A stretch of 64,000 bases of DNA from Thalia democratica (lineage: Eukaryota), in assembly GCA_965202585.1 (NCBI GenBank), contig OZ241833.1, positions 23,002,001 to 23,066,000 of the forward strand, in the 5' to 3' direction. Positions 50,701 to 64,000 of the stretch are shown here, one piece after another. The notes under the pieces are model-generated. The model searched no databases. It was given only the letters and a program-made list of their open reading frames with translations, and was not told where the DNA came from. How positions within the stretch are numbered: position 1 is the first letter of the stretch; every line of letters begins with the position of its first letter. The translations under genes were made by a program, and so were the position numbers.

Positions 50701-53202
50701 GAGAAAAATTGCCATCTCAAAAGGAATTAAAAAATAATTGAATGCTGTAAACAAAATACTTGTAGTTTTTTTGATTAACCGAAAACTTTTAATGTTTTTT
50801 GGCATGAACTTTTAGCAGCGATTTAAGAAAACAATTAATTATCTTGTTAACTTATTACCTTTCAAATTAAAAAGCAATCAAAATATTATTTGACGTTATT
50901 TTATAAAATGTTATTGATTAGTGTTTTTTGCCCTAATTAAAACAGACTTAAGTTTAATCTTGTTTTAATGCTTCATTTTTTTCTTGCTGTTCTTAAACTC
51001 AGGAAAAAACACAACCTAGTGTATTAAAGTTTACTAACATGAAATAACTTAACTTAACCGCAGCATTTATCTATGTTCACACAAGTTTGAATTTATTAAA
51101 CTACCAAATATTTGAAACCAACTTTGCGTGTATGTAGGGGCTCCTATACCAGTGCTCGGCGTTCTTGTCCCATTCGTCCTTATTACAAATTTCAATCGTC
51201 CTCACCATCTGGCCTTGGAACATGCCGCTCACGTCGGAAAACTAATTAAATTTATTATTTTCACTACATTAAGTTGATGATGTTTGTGTTAAGTTTCAAA
51301 GTGTATAAAGATATGATTAACCTGTTGTATTTTTATTAATTTTCAACTAAAGAAACATCGAAAAATTACACAAATTTACAAAGTAAGATGTTATTGTTAT
51401 ATAAATTTCTCTAAAAAAGTTTTGAATCGCAACGTAGACTAAAATAACTAGTAAACATTCTTATTAATTTTAAGCTATTTCCGTATTACAAATTTTTGTA
51501 AAATCAATAAAAAGCTAGTTGCGAAATATTTAATTGATGCTTTTTATTACCTCATGATTTTGAGAAATGTATTTAAAGGCAGAACCAACATTGTTGAGAA
51601 AAAAAAATATTATTTGTTATAGCTGTTGCCAATAACAGCATTGCCCAAATGAGCAAATGTAAATTTAGATAATTGTTTGTAATTAAAACCCTTAACAAGT
51701 TAATCCCATTAATTAAAATAACTGAAGTTTTTGTTGAAAGTTTTGGTTTTTTGAACAACAAATTACTGATGTTTCGTGATAAGAATTTTCAGTTTGTCCT
51801 GTGACGTTTCGTGTTCGAGTTAATTATTTACAAAAGAATTAACAACAAACCACAATGACGGAAATCGTAAAACTGTATATTCATAAACTTGTTCAAACAA
51901 CGAGAATTTATTTACTCTTACTTTGTTTCATAATAGGATTAGACGTTTAAAGTTTTTCAATTTATTACTGATTGGTTGTAAACTTTTTACGATTTTGGAA
52001 TATTTATGAATGGAAAATAAAATATTTATTTTGTTGAGTTCAATAAACCAAAATAATAAACAAGTTAATTAAGAAGAAAGTTTATAAAACAAAGCAGAAA
52101 AATTTAAAGTTATATTGACATGCAGTAATTTATAGGCTTAACGAAACAGTAATGTTTGATAAACAAATTCATCAAAACTTTCTTTCTGATTTTTAACGTT
52201 TGTTTCTAATTTATCAGTAAAATTTCAAACCTCATCGTCATTAGGAGGCGACTTCCATCCCAAATCGCTCGACATTCTCGCCGTGTTGTATATTTCGTCT
52301 GCAAAAAGTTTTTGTTGCAAAAATACCATTAATGAAACATGTAATTTTTAAGTAGCTATTTGCTATTTATATCGGTCTAATACCCTCGTTTCGAGTTTAT
52401 TGTCAACACAATTAAAGTGAAATCGCAAGAAAACTAATAATACACACGATGTATTAAACAAAACTAATATTGCTGAGGGCTATACTCAATCTACTGTGTG
52501 TACTACCAGTTCATCTCCACCAACTTGTCTTTACTTTGTCTATCGGTGAACTTGAAATTATAAACGATATTTTTTAATTTTGTGATAAATTAATGCGATT
52601 TTTAAAGAACTGGATATTGTTAAGTAACAGTTGAGAAACGAAAATATTCGTAATACACGCACTACTTTCTCATTTGCATTGAGCAAGAAGGCGAGGTCGC
52701 GTATTTGAATTGTGCACTCATTGTTATGTATCAAAACACGGAAATAACTGACAATTTTTATGTAAACCTTTGTTAAACAAACACAAATGTAACTTTCTTG
52801 TTTTTCTCTTCAAACTGGATCAAGTTTATTTATAACTTCAATTTTTTTGAAGATAGCATCAAAAAAAAAACTTGCAATCCGCCCAAGATTACTATAACTC
52901 GCAGAAAACGAGCGCGCAGAGGGTTCGCATCTAATTACCCTTAGAGTTGGCTGCCATGCCAACAAGATAACCCGAAAAGGGCCCCGCAACATTTCGCTGC
53001 CAGCTAATTACACGGCTAATCCGACCGAAGATTAAATGCTAACCTCTGCAGCGCGGGGGCAAGTTCAGAAGTAATTTCAAACTTCTCAAACTTAATAATG
53101 ATGAATTTGCAAATTAATTATTTCTCGCTCACCCGAGTCCCCGTGCGCGGAGTTGATTTTGAGCAGCAGCGCGAAGACGACGACACAAAAGTTTGAATTC
53201 AT
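41125..53202 (-). CDS. EPH: Eph receptor tyrosine kinase, complete 21-exon gene, 1086 aa
   Basis: Exons: 53202-53133, 52298-52231, 51241-51123, 49738-49496, 48422-48226, 47989-47885, 45913-45755, 45463-45355, 45134-44981, 44822-44741, 44250-44084, 43950-43824, 43754-43581, 43512-43393, 43273-43088, 43018-42957, 42887-42678, 42575-42381, 42185-41953, 41787-41599, 41416-41125. All GT-AG and phase-consistent; 3261 nt. Signal peptide, ephrin-binding domain, Cys-rich region, two FN3, TM, kinase, SAM, C-terminal GIV. A or B subclass not assignable by eye. Confidence 0.93.
41953..43754 (-). CDS. EPH: Eph exons 13-19: TM helix, juxtamembrane region and tyrosine kinase domain
   Basis: [26 protein letters not shown]; [84 protein letters not shown]. 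Confidence 0.96.
43824..47989 (-). CDS. EPH: Eph exons 6-12: sushi/EGF-like Cys-rich region and two FN3 domains
   Basis: YYCNADGEW...GCVCDRGY; CRDCPANS...CTCDNGYFR; PSEP...[15 protein letters not shown]; [11 protein letters not shown]; LTWLAP; [21 protein letters not shown]. Confidence 0.9.
48226..53202 (-). CDS. EPH: Eph exons 1-5: signal peptide and ephrin ligand-binding domain
   Basis: [21 protein letters not shown]; DLGWKSPP; RTIEICN; HWYRSPYI; [10 protein letters not shown]; CKETFTLY; [27 protein letters not shown]; [12 protein letters not shown]. Confidence 0.9.
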
Positions 53203-56200
53203 TCCTCCTCAGTTCAAAGTTTTTCTTGTGTTTGAAAGGTTGTACGTGTTGTAGTGGTTTTTAAGTTAAGTTTAATTAGTAATATCTGTAAATAAAAACA
53301 CTTGAAGTTATTTTCTGTAAAATGTTTATGAGAAGCAAGCGTTGGAAATTACTTAAGTTTGTGTTTACAATTTGGCTGTGAGAGTTATTTAAAACTTAAA
53401 TTGAAATTGGTGCACTTTGAGAAAATAGTCGGCATTTTTCGGCGAATATAACAGTTCTCACTTTGAGGTACCGACTTAAAGCTGTAAAAAGCATCGGAAA
53501 GCGACAAGTCTGAAGATAAAAATTTAATCGTCAACCTACATGCACTAATATTATTTTTAATGAAAATTCTTACACTGAAATGCCATCACGGCTTAAACTT
53601 AATTAATTTAATAGCACCACTAACTAACTAAAGGAATTTGGTTTTTTAACTAAATTACAATATTTTATTTACAATTCATTTTTTAATACAACGCATATAA
53701 AACGTCTATAACATGAGAAAAAATATTATAAAATAAAAATAATCACTTCTTTTGCACAAGCTAAATCAGAATAAGTTAGTGCACTGAACGTTGTTGAACA
53801 CAACAAAAACAAACAAACATTGAAAGTGACTCGCACGTCATCACGCAACTGTTTGGTAAACAAAACACAACAAACTGCAAGGAACCTGTAAAAAGTTGAT
53901 AAAAAATAACTATTCTAAAGCTAAACTAACAAAGCTTAGTTTTTAAAATTCAAAAAAAAAAAAACTGTCCACACACGCAGATGTGAAATATCCAGCATTG
54001 TACTGAAAGCCCTTGATTCAAGTGGTCGGCTTTTCATCAGCACGTTTTTAACTCTCCTCAACAAATTAAAAAACAAAAAAAAAATCTAACTGAACGAACT
54101 TTTTCTGATGAAAGACAAACAGGGCTGGCAGCAACTTAGCCAATTTAAATGGGTTTGTTCGAAGTTAAACAAACAGCACGCTGTTGTGATTTGCCTTCTT
54201 TTGTAACACAGCCTTTATAAATGAAAAGCATTAGCGTTGAAATGTTATTACGAAAGTTTATTGTGTTGAGAAGCTAGATGGTGGTAGTAGCGATTAAACA
54301 AATGTGATCAAAGTTTGTTTTGGATTTTTGCTTGTCATGCAGATTAACGGTGTTGTGAAAGATTTGGGCTTTTATCTGGGTTTAATTAAACACTGTATGT
54401 TTGAGTTAACTGTTAACTGCTTAAGCTGGCGTTGTGAAACTTTCATAAAGAAAGATAAAAATGATAGTAAGTTATATAGATACATATCAAAACAATTTGA
54501 AATTAAAAAAAAACAAAAATAAATTTTAGTTCAACAACAAAGCTTCGCTTTTCGAGTTCCGAAACAAATAACTACTTATTTTGACATAAACTAGTTTAAA
54601 TGATAAAAATAAAAAAAGGTTTTAAAAATAACTTCTGGCCGGCAACAAAAAACTTTTTGATGAATCGAACCATTTATTTGTTCCTGTCCTGCACGTACCA
54701 TATGACATGACTAAACAAGACTCATCAAAATATTTACATTAAAAAAAGTTCGGCTGCCGACCGCTACCTTGATAAAATAAAACACTGCAGCAGCACTAAA
54801 TTGTGAAGAAGCTTTTGAAGACAGAAAAAAAACGAGAGAGATGCGATAAACGAGAGAGACGAAAAAGCGCTAATGCTGCCCTCGCTGCCTTACAAAACCG
54901 CTCATGTGTGACGCAGAAATAAATGAACATCAGTTAGTTGCCTGATTAAAACGGACTCGCGGAAAATACAATGCGCCGACGAAAGCAGCGGGCTGGCTAT
55001 GGGAAGTAAAACATTCGTTTGTTTTCACGCACCGCTGGCTTTGATCGATACTCTTAAACTTGTACCCAGGATCAAGCCGAACATAATAGGTTGCATTTTG
55101 AAGATGTATTCGGCAAAGTTCAACTTTTATCCCGTAGCCGGTTGTTTTAATGCATAAAACGCTTCATTGTTCGGACGATTTGAATTTTAAATTATACTCG
55201 TTCAGTTTAATGCACGAGCGTTAATCAGTTTAAGTTTTGACATTATCATGCTAAATCTGATAGAATAATTACTTATCAAAGCAGCTTGTAACGTATGCAA
55301 TTTGCAACATTGTGTACGTTTTTACTTGTACAACTCGCTTGTTATTCGTTAGTTTTTATATTATACCTTAAAATATGAGTAATACTATTTAAACGTAGCT
55401 TGCATATACAAGTAACAATTTGCCTACTTAATATTTTTTAAGTCTAATGTCAACAGCTGTTGGCAAATATCAGCATTGAAAAAAGTTGTTTTTTTATATA
55501 ATTACACTTTTAAAAATTGTACTTAGAATTCTAAAAAGTTTAACAAAGTTTTAATAAAATATTCTAAAATTTAAGATACATTCTTTTAAGCAATTAAATA
55601 AATTATTAAAGTTAAAGTTTCAATTTTTAACTTAATTGACTTCAAGTGCTCAAGCTCCGAAAATGCGCTCATTGAAAAAAAAATAAATTTTTCAGAGAAA
55701 TCCAAAAATAACTTAGTTTCAACGACACACTCAAAAGCAAATATGCACAATTGTGACGTCACATTTGCTGTGATGAATCACTATCTTTTGTCTCGATGCA
55801 TATTACGGATCTGTTGCTACGAAGTGATTGATCGCGTTGCCATGGTGTGTGCGGCTTGCGTGAAGAATCGCTGTCACGGAAGCTGTCAACTGTTCAAATG
55901 TTTAATTTCTGTGCGCGCCGAACTTTTTCTAACATTTCTTGTTTAATTTCAACTTTCCGAAATCTCAATGCAAACAGTGGCATCTGAGCAAAGTTAAATA
56001 AACCTTTTTTTTTCTAATACCTATGTTTGACAAAAACGTTTCACTCACGTACGTTAGGTTTGATCAATTGCTCGACTAAGTTGAAAAACGTTATAGTGTA
56101 GGTAAAAATAACTATTGTAATGTGATCACTTAAATACGTTAACAATATTGAGCTTGTAAAGTAAACGCGATGAAAAATTTATGAAGAACACTTCATACAA

Positions 56201-58399
56201 CCTAATACGAGTCACAAACATTAAGCGGAAAATTGTTTGAAATTGTGACAATTGGGTGCAAAGAGGCGAAAAAGAGAAAAATGTTGATGGATTCTCCAAA
56301 CAATTGTACTATTCAGTTACTGAATTATTAAAGCAGATAAAAAACTGTTATGAATGCGTTTGTAAATGACCGAAAACGAGCAAAGTACGAAACTCATCTT
56401 TTACTAAAGACATCTGCTCGTTTAGTGCTTTTAATATAAAAAGTTTTTAACTGATCTTCAGAACAGATCTAAAGTCAAGCGCAAAAATACGTTATTGGCT
56501 AAATTAAATTTTAAACATTGTGTGTTTACGTGATAATATCTACAGTGGATATCACATCGATTTGTTAGGCCAAGTCGTATATTTTAAAAGTATTTCTGTT
56601 TTGACAAAATCACAATGAATACAAAGCACAAAAAAGAATATTCTTATCGCGTATGCTTTTAACTTTACTTGACCAAATAAAAGTTATAAGTATTTTTAAC
56701 ACACTGACGTAAGTATTTATTTAATATTTTTACATGTTAAAGCGGTAATCCTTTTAATTTTTGGCTCTATTTTTGCAGCTGAAGTTATCTTAATTAAATA
56801 TCCTATTACTAATGAATATGGCTTAAAAGTAACAAGTAGGAAATAAAAACTTATTTGTGAATTTCGACCTTTAAAACGTAATGTTTTGCAAACAATGTAT
56901 TGACACAAAGATTAATATACAACCAATGTAGATACATTTTATTTAATAATAATTAAATACATTATATACATCATTACAGATATTACTCATGGAACATAGC
57001 AAGTGTATTCGTGTTTTAATATCAATAATACTTTGTCACCTTTTTTAGTTTAAAGTGATTTTGAATGGTATATTTATAACGAAAAACAAGTGTTATTACT
57101 TTAGATAATACTGTTAGTTTTTTTAAACTGACACTAACTTAAAAATTGAACACATTTTTTGAACTTATAAAAAACAGTATGCACTATTTGTTTTTTTGAG
57201 AAACAAACTGATTTTACAAATTTATTTCTAATTCTTTTAAATAACAGTCATTTTAAATATTTTGTTAATGGTTTTAAATTACGTTATATAATTTAAAAAA
57301 AATACAAGTATGAATCTATGTTTTGTCTATTTAAGATTTTCGAAGTAAAAAACATATCAGATTTATTCAAAGCATTGTCATATTTTTTTTAACTTAAATC
57401 AATTAAGACTTTGGTTATAAAAACGAAGAAGATGTATGAAAAGCTAAAGTATTTACAGGTAGAAAAAAATTTTAAATAGTATTTTAAGTCCGGAAATTTT
57501 AATCCATATCATGAGTAGTAATAGTACACTTGATTAAAAAAAATATTAGCTTTAATGTTTTTTTTATTGAGTGACGTTTTAATCTAAAATAACTGAATGT
57601 ATAAAAAAATAAAAAAAATTGTATATGAATATACTTTGAACTCTTCAGCTGTTTAACAAAAACCCAAGTTGTTTTACAACTATTTTACAACGAATATTAC
57701 CTTTTAGACAGGTGTGGTAGCTCATTAAAAAAGTTTATTGCATTTTCTGTATCTATAATTAATTTATCTTATCCGGTGATTACACTTAAAGTCTAATGTG
57801 AACTTTTATTGAATAGTAGCTTTCATTAATGCGCCTAAGCGTTTAGCAATAAAGTGTTAAGTGGCTTATATACTTACTGTTAAAATAGTGTAAATATCAT
57901 CTAAATTTTAAATATATTACAACTGATTCAAGGTGTACTTTGTTAACTTGACAAGCAAGAAACTACAATGTTAAAGCTTCTCCTTGGTTTAAAACAGCAT
58001 TTAGTATAACTTAAACGAAAAAGGAAGAAAGTTAGTAATCTACTTTTAAACTTTATTTTAAACTTATTGGCTTTGATTATTTTTAAGCAGGTTTTTAATA
58101 ATGACTTTCTGTAGAGACTACACACCTAATGATAACAGAAACAAAAATAATCATTTTTTGAAACAATTAACATAAAAATATAGAAAAACTTAATCTAAAC
58201 AGGTTTTATAAAGAAATTAGAGATAATATAAAAGTTGTTGAGTTTATTTTAAATTATTATTACGCAACATGTAAGAAAGATTTTCAATACGTTTCAAAAA
58301 CTTATACTGCTGACTTGAATAACTAGCCTTATAGAAGTAATTAAAGACTTACGAAAAACTTAATTTACAAAATTTTACTAATAAAATGCTAAGTGTAAG

Positions 58400-58456
58400 C
58401 TTTTATTAAGTACTGACGAGGTCTTTGACCGAAACTTAGTTTGTAAAATAAATTCT
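58400..58456 (+). ncRNA. Third dispersed hammerhead copy, core intact, stem I weakened
   Basis: CTGACGAGGTCTTTGACCGAAACTTAGTT at 58413-58441, identical to copy 1; flanks gta/tgt instead of gca/tgc; followed by a similar aaagaataaat tail. Confidence 0.7.
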
Positions 58457-61400
58457 TGAAAGAATAAATTCATTAATCATTTATAACAAAAACAAATGTT
58501 AAAGCTTTACTCAAAAACTTTTGTTGTTTCAAGTTTTTTTTAAATGTACATGTAAAATTTAATATAAGTTTGATTGGACACGCTGGTAATATTTTTTATT
58601 TCTTAGTGTTCAAACAACTGTAAACAATTAGCTTTAAAATAAACTCGTTTTTCAATTTTAATTGTTTTGTGAAGATATACCTTTTATAACAAGTTTTTTT
58701 TTTGTTTTACAACTAAAATGAAAAAGTTTATCTAATATGAAAAACACAAATAGAGCACCCTAAACTATTAGTTATTCAAAACATAACTTTAAATTCTAAA
58801 ATTCTTCAGTAAGACTGCAAAATTGTAGAGTGACTAGTGCTAGCAACTAAATGAACACAATATTTAAGCAAATATCGAAAGCTTTGCAAAATAGTTTAGC
58901 TAGCTATATAACAAAAAGCTAAATTTTTCTTAAAAGTTGATTTCTTTATATAATTACGTTATTTTTTTTAAAACATAATTTTGTTTTGCAATTAAAATTA
59001 GGATAATGAAATAAATTCAAGATGTAAACATTGTAATACTAAACATTACAATCGTTTTATTAAACTATCTAATTAGTTAGCAATAGGAAGGTATATAGTT
59101 AAGAATCTACTAGCTAGATAGTTGTTACATACATACTATAAGTTTAAAGTAGTAGCCTATAATTTAAAAGCTTCATACAATCTACGAACTACAAGTGTTT
59201 AAAGTTCTATAAACAAAAATTTGTCTAAAGTGTCAATGACTTTTATACAAATCATTAAACATAATAAAATGATTTTTTTTAAGTAGTATGACAAGAAGTT
59301 GTAAGTTTATTTTTAGTTTTAATGTATTGTAAAGCGTTCTTAACCATTATAAATTAAAACTTTGGCTTTAAAACGCAAAATTGATCAAAACTTTGCGTAA
59401 ACTAATAATAACTTTTTATTTCAAGAAGTAATAGTTTTATACTAGCTTATCTAATCAATAATAGTTTTAGTTCAAAACTCTATTTATCATAAGCTATTAA
59501 AATAAGGCTTGATTTCTACAAAGTCTATTATTTATAAGATGGTGAATAATCCTTTTAAATATTATATTTACTGCTATTGATTTTTAGACATTACCATCTA
59601 TAAAATTGTATTTGAAGTTTTAAATAACTTTAATAATAATTTTTTAAATTCTAGTTGAAGTATAAATAAAAACTTTCATGTGTTTTTTATCATAAGAAAA
59701 CATTTCGATAGATAATTTAATAAGCAGCAGCTATAACATAAAATTGAAATTTAAATAAATAAAAAATTAAGTAAACAAATTTTATATTTTAAAAGAATAA
59801 GTCTTAGTAAAATATTCATCAATTTAAAGCATTGATTTTTGTTACGATTTATGTTATACTCTACCTTGAAGTTTTTATAGTTTTATTTTTCCAATGATAC
59901 TAACTTAATTTCCTTCTCAAACTTAAACATATATTCGATATTAAACGTGTTTTGCAAAGATATGTAGTACTTACAGGTTACATTTATTTCTAAAATCAAT
60001 AGTTCAAGTATATAGCATTCTTATAGCTAGTTTAAATCAATAAAGTTATTTTGCATTTACTAAATACTTTTGTTTAATTTTTATATACATGTTTGAAATA
60101 TATTTTATGTGTCATACTAAAATGATATAGCTAATATTCATGATTACTTTTTAAACAACATCAAACATACTTTTCTATGTTTAAGTTAATTATAGTTTTT
60201 TTAATACTATTAGTTTTTATATCAACTTAAAAATTTTACTAACTAATGCTTAAAGTGCAAATTTTTATAAGTCATTAGCTTTTCATTCATAAACATATTT
60301 TCAGATATTTGATAACCTAAAATTGCATTTATTTATTAGTACGAAAACATAACCCTAAAAAAATGTTTTCTGAAATTTAATTTAGAGTTTGCTTCGATCT
60401 TAATTGTTGTTTGTTGCTAAATAGTCTCAAAGTAACAGTAGCTGAAAGGTTGTTTAGTTTTCTTTAATTGACGAGCTAAATCAGTTTGATTAATGTACTT
60501 TTAATGAGTTTATGCGATAACAATACGATTTTATTAGTGTTTGTAATGAACACAAGTTTAGGGTGTATTAGTTGTTTTGTTTAGTACCGTGGTTTACCTT
60601 TTAACATTTTTATGCCTTTAATAAATTTTTAACAGCTTAGTTTTTCTAGACATCATTTAGTACCAAAAACTCTTTAACTGTTATTTATTTATAACAGATG
60701 TTTTTTAAGAGTTGTAAAAAGCTGCACATTAAGCACATTAAAAAGAAAACTCAAAATTCCCAAAATTACATGTTAAAACATTATTAAGTTGCTTGTTGTA
60801 TTTTCACACCTTTTCGCTGCAGTCGAGTTTTTAAACCATTTTCAAAATTTTTCTCTCATACACAATTTACGGAAATGAAAAAAAAACAGACGCAATAATT
60901 CTAAAATTATACACATTTTAACGGAGTTACGAAAACATGCGAGCTTCAAATTAACAGCGAGTTGTGCGCAACCAAGCGGAACGACACATAATCGAAACCG
61001 GATTACAGAGATAAATGGCCGGGCTACAAGATAATGGACTGAAAAAGGCCGGTTTTTAGGAGACTGGCCGACGCCAAATCATAGTCCCACCGACCAAAAA
61101 AGAAAATACGGAACGAGAATAGCTACAAAGTTTGTTTTAATTCGCGTCTTGCATAAAAAGCCCCCGCCGCGCGTGATGGACAGGACCCAATCAGCTGCGC
61201 ATAATAAGTTTTGATTTTGAATAAATCTTGCATTAGCATTAGAATTTAATCCGTTTTTGTTTGGTTTGAAAGGTAAACACGGGTTTTGAGGTCTTTATGG
61301 GCTCGTGACAACATAATTGTTTGAATTATGCAGTTCAGTTTTGATGGTTTTATAACGAAGTACGAAACCAAGCTTTTATGTTATAGTATTTACTAAAACA

Positions 61401-64000
61401 CGCAAACTTTTTCTTTAAAAAACATTTTGCTGACTTTATAATTTTGGTTTTGTATCAAGTTTAAAGTTATTTAAAAATGAACTTAACATCTTAATTCAAA
61501 ACTTTTAGATATAGATAAATTCTTAAAAAGTAATGGCTTCAATGACAAACGAACTTCATTTGCATTGCATTTACCGCCTTAACCAATTTAAAATGTATTT
61601 TTTACACAAACTATAATGACTTGCAAATTAAAAAAATTGCCTTTTCGATATAATACCCTACCAACTGCAAATAATTTGCATTCATATTTAAAGCAACCTA
61701 CCTACCATGTGTATTTTATCTTGTGAGAAAATCTGCCCCTTCTGATCAGGCGATCAGCAGCTTCGTGAATGAAAAAGCTTCTTGTAGTGTAAACAAAACT
61801 AATCAATAATAAAACGAAATATTTTCAAAACTTTATTTCCAACCGAGCTAGCAGCTTGTATACTTAAATAATTACATTCATTCACTTCCGTATTGAGAGA
61901 TAAGTTAAACTTAGAAGCGTTTCTGAGCACTTGCAAAAGTTGTTATTTGTTTTATTTCCTAACTTGTGATTAGATATGACCAAACACGTGTTCTTGTTAA
62001 AACAAAACTTAAATGTTTTCAAATTTATCAAGTTCAGAGAAATTAATAAAATTAACTATGTTCTTTTTAAATACTTATTTTTTATTATAAATGTTTTTAT
62101 GTCAGTCTATATTAAAAAAACATTAAAAACTTTATATTTATAACTACTAACGGTTTTTTAGTAAAAACTTAATGTGACCTTTTTTTATTAGTTGCAATAT
62201 ACTAATAAAACAACTAGTTACAATAATTTATCAACTTAAACAAACCTATTTGTTACACTACTTTTTCTAGTTTTTAGAATAGCAAATTTAACTTCAACTA
62301 AAAGTAAAGTATGTAACAAAGAAATACTTGCTATTCACATAAGTACTTATGAGTGTAACAGCATAATTAAAAAATGCTAAATATTTTAAGTTGCTAATGA
62401 TTTAATGATATAAATATAAATTTTCAAATAAACTTCGAATTAAAAACAACAGAGCAAAAAAAAGTTTTATATACTTTCATATAACATATTTAAAAATTAA
62501 GAACAGTATTTGTAAACAAAAATGTTTTTCTTTTTTGATTCAGGTTTAAACTGTTTTTTTTTTACTAAACTAGTAGTAATAAGTAATCTTTAGATGACTA
62601 CTATTTCTAATAAATGACTTTTAACAACTACAATCACCAAACTTGTTATTTTTCTACTGAAAACTTACTACTAGTGGTTTATTTTATTTGTTTATATAAA
62701 AGATTCAATAATTGCGTGTGATTTGGTTTAACCTTCGGGCAAGTAAAACAATAAACAAATTTAAATACTTTATATCACCATTGTTTTCACTCATGATAAG
62801 TCACCATGCAAACAGAATAATAAACAAACAGTTTTATATACCTTTACCAAATAATTTTCTACGGTGATTATTAAGTCATGACTAATGTAAATAACTCTAT
62901 GAATAATCAAATCTTTACACAAAACGCACGCTATTGGTTTAATTTAAAGCATTAAGTAGTGTGACATAACCGTACATAATTGTTATCAAAATGTATAAAC
63001 TTATAAAAATTTAATTGATTTACTAATACTTTTTAATTTAGTAAACTACTGTATACAACAAAAAATTAGTAGAAGCATCCACTAATAAGATTTTTGTTTA
63101 GAATTAAATTTATGTCTATTTTTATTTATTTTTCTTATGCTTAGTTTTGAAACAATCGTATTTTTTAAATTATAATATTTTAAAAAGACCATTAAGTTTT
63201 GAAAAGCATTTCAATAACTACTTTTGGTATTTTTAACTTTATCAAAAAGATCAAAATAGACAACTTAATACAGTAAAAGTAAGTTTGAAAATAATAAGCT
63301 AGATGTATAAAATTATAATACTTAAAGCATCCTGCTTTATTTATTATTTTAAAGAGAGCAATATTTTATTTTAAAACAATAACAACACTAAGCATATCTA
63401 CATAATAAAGATTTAGCAAATTTATTTTTATAAAATTTTTCTTAATCTTTTTTGCAGTAACTTATCTTAGACTAAACTGTATTTATTTATAAATAGTTTA
63501 GTAAGTAACACGTTGTTATGTAAAGTAAGTGTTAATAACTTTAACATATTTTTCTTACATCTAAATAGTAATGGTGTACACAACATTTAGTTTATAAAAG
63601 TTAAAATCTCTAATTTTTCTAAGCTATAAAACTTTGCATTTTTTATACAAGCTTATATCAGATTTAAATTTAAAATAAATAGTTTGCTGTAAAATAAAAT
63701 TGATTAATATTTTGGTTTTTTGACAATCATATTTTGTATATAAAAAATAGTGTGTATGTATGTATATGCAAACTTTAAATGTAAGTATATTTATTATTTA
63801 TACAGTGACATAAAAATTACTATTTTCAGTAGTGAACCTTTTTTCAATAGTTTTATAAACACAATGTTTTAATTTGTTGTCATTGTTTAGATATTCTTAT
63901 TCATACTTTACAAAAGTTAAACTTTGTATGATAGTTTTTAAAAACTATGTACTACATAAAAGTTTTTTTTTTAACTTTTCTCACCAAGAGTTATAATTAG

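Noticed and set aside
1-64000. CRISPR array, rRNA, tRNA, non-canonical introns, T-type (WAT) AChE exon
   Set aside because: No regularly spaced repeat-spacer array or RNA gene recognised; all 26 inferred introns are GT-AG; no Trp-rich tetramerisation exon found within the window

Overview
Very AT-rich eukaryotic (animal) genomic DNA with GT-AG introns. No prokaryotic features or CRISPR array. Splice-site style and gene content fit an invertebrate, possibly a tunicate or other invertebrate chordate, but the taxon is unproven. Three genes could be assembled by hand. (1) A complete 7-exon acetylcholinesterase on the minus strand (20482->6776, 760 aa) with intact catalytic triad, a Thr/Ser-rich N-terminal extension, a Cys-containing insertion and a GPI-signal-like last exon that the ORF track misses. 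(2) A single-coding-exon orphan 7TM-like protein on the plus strand (32282-33124, 280 aa). (3) A complete 21-exon Eph receptor tyrosine kinase on the minus strand (53202->41125, 1086 aa). The 3' half of the AChE gene (exons 5-7) lies in a 5,329-bp tandem duplication (111-5439 / 5462-10790). The copies were identical wherever checked, and the 22-nt junction looks templated from flanking DNA. The most striking non-coding signal is a family of minimal type I hammerhead ribozyme motifs (28154-28212 minus, 29155-29213 plus, 58400-58456 plus). Two of them form the inverted ends of a 1.15-kb ORF-less insert flanked by a 17-bp direct repeat, resembling a non-autonomous Penelope-like/retrozyme element. 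Several MITEs (Merlin-like, hAT-like, TTAA-flanked foldback) and GC-richer non-coding islands are also present. All calls come from manual reading; no database searches were run.
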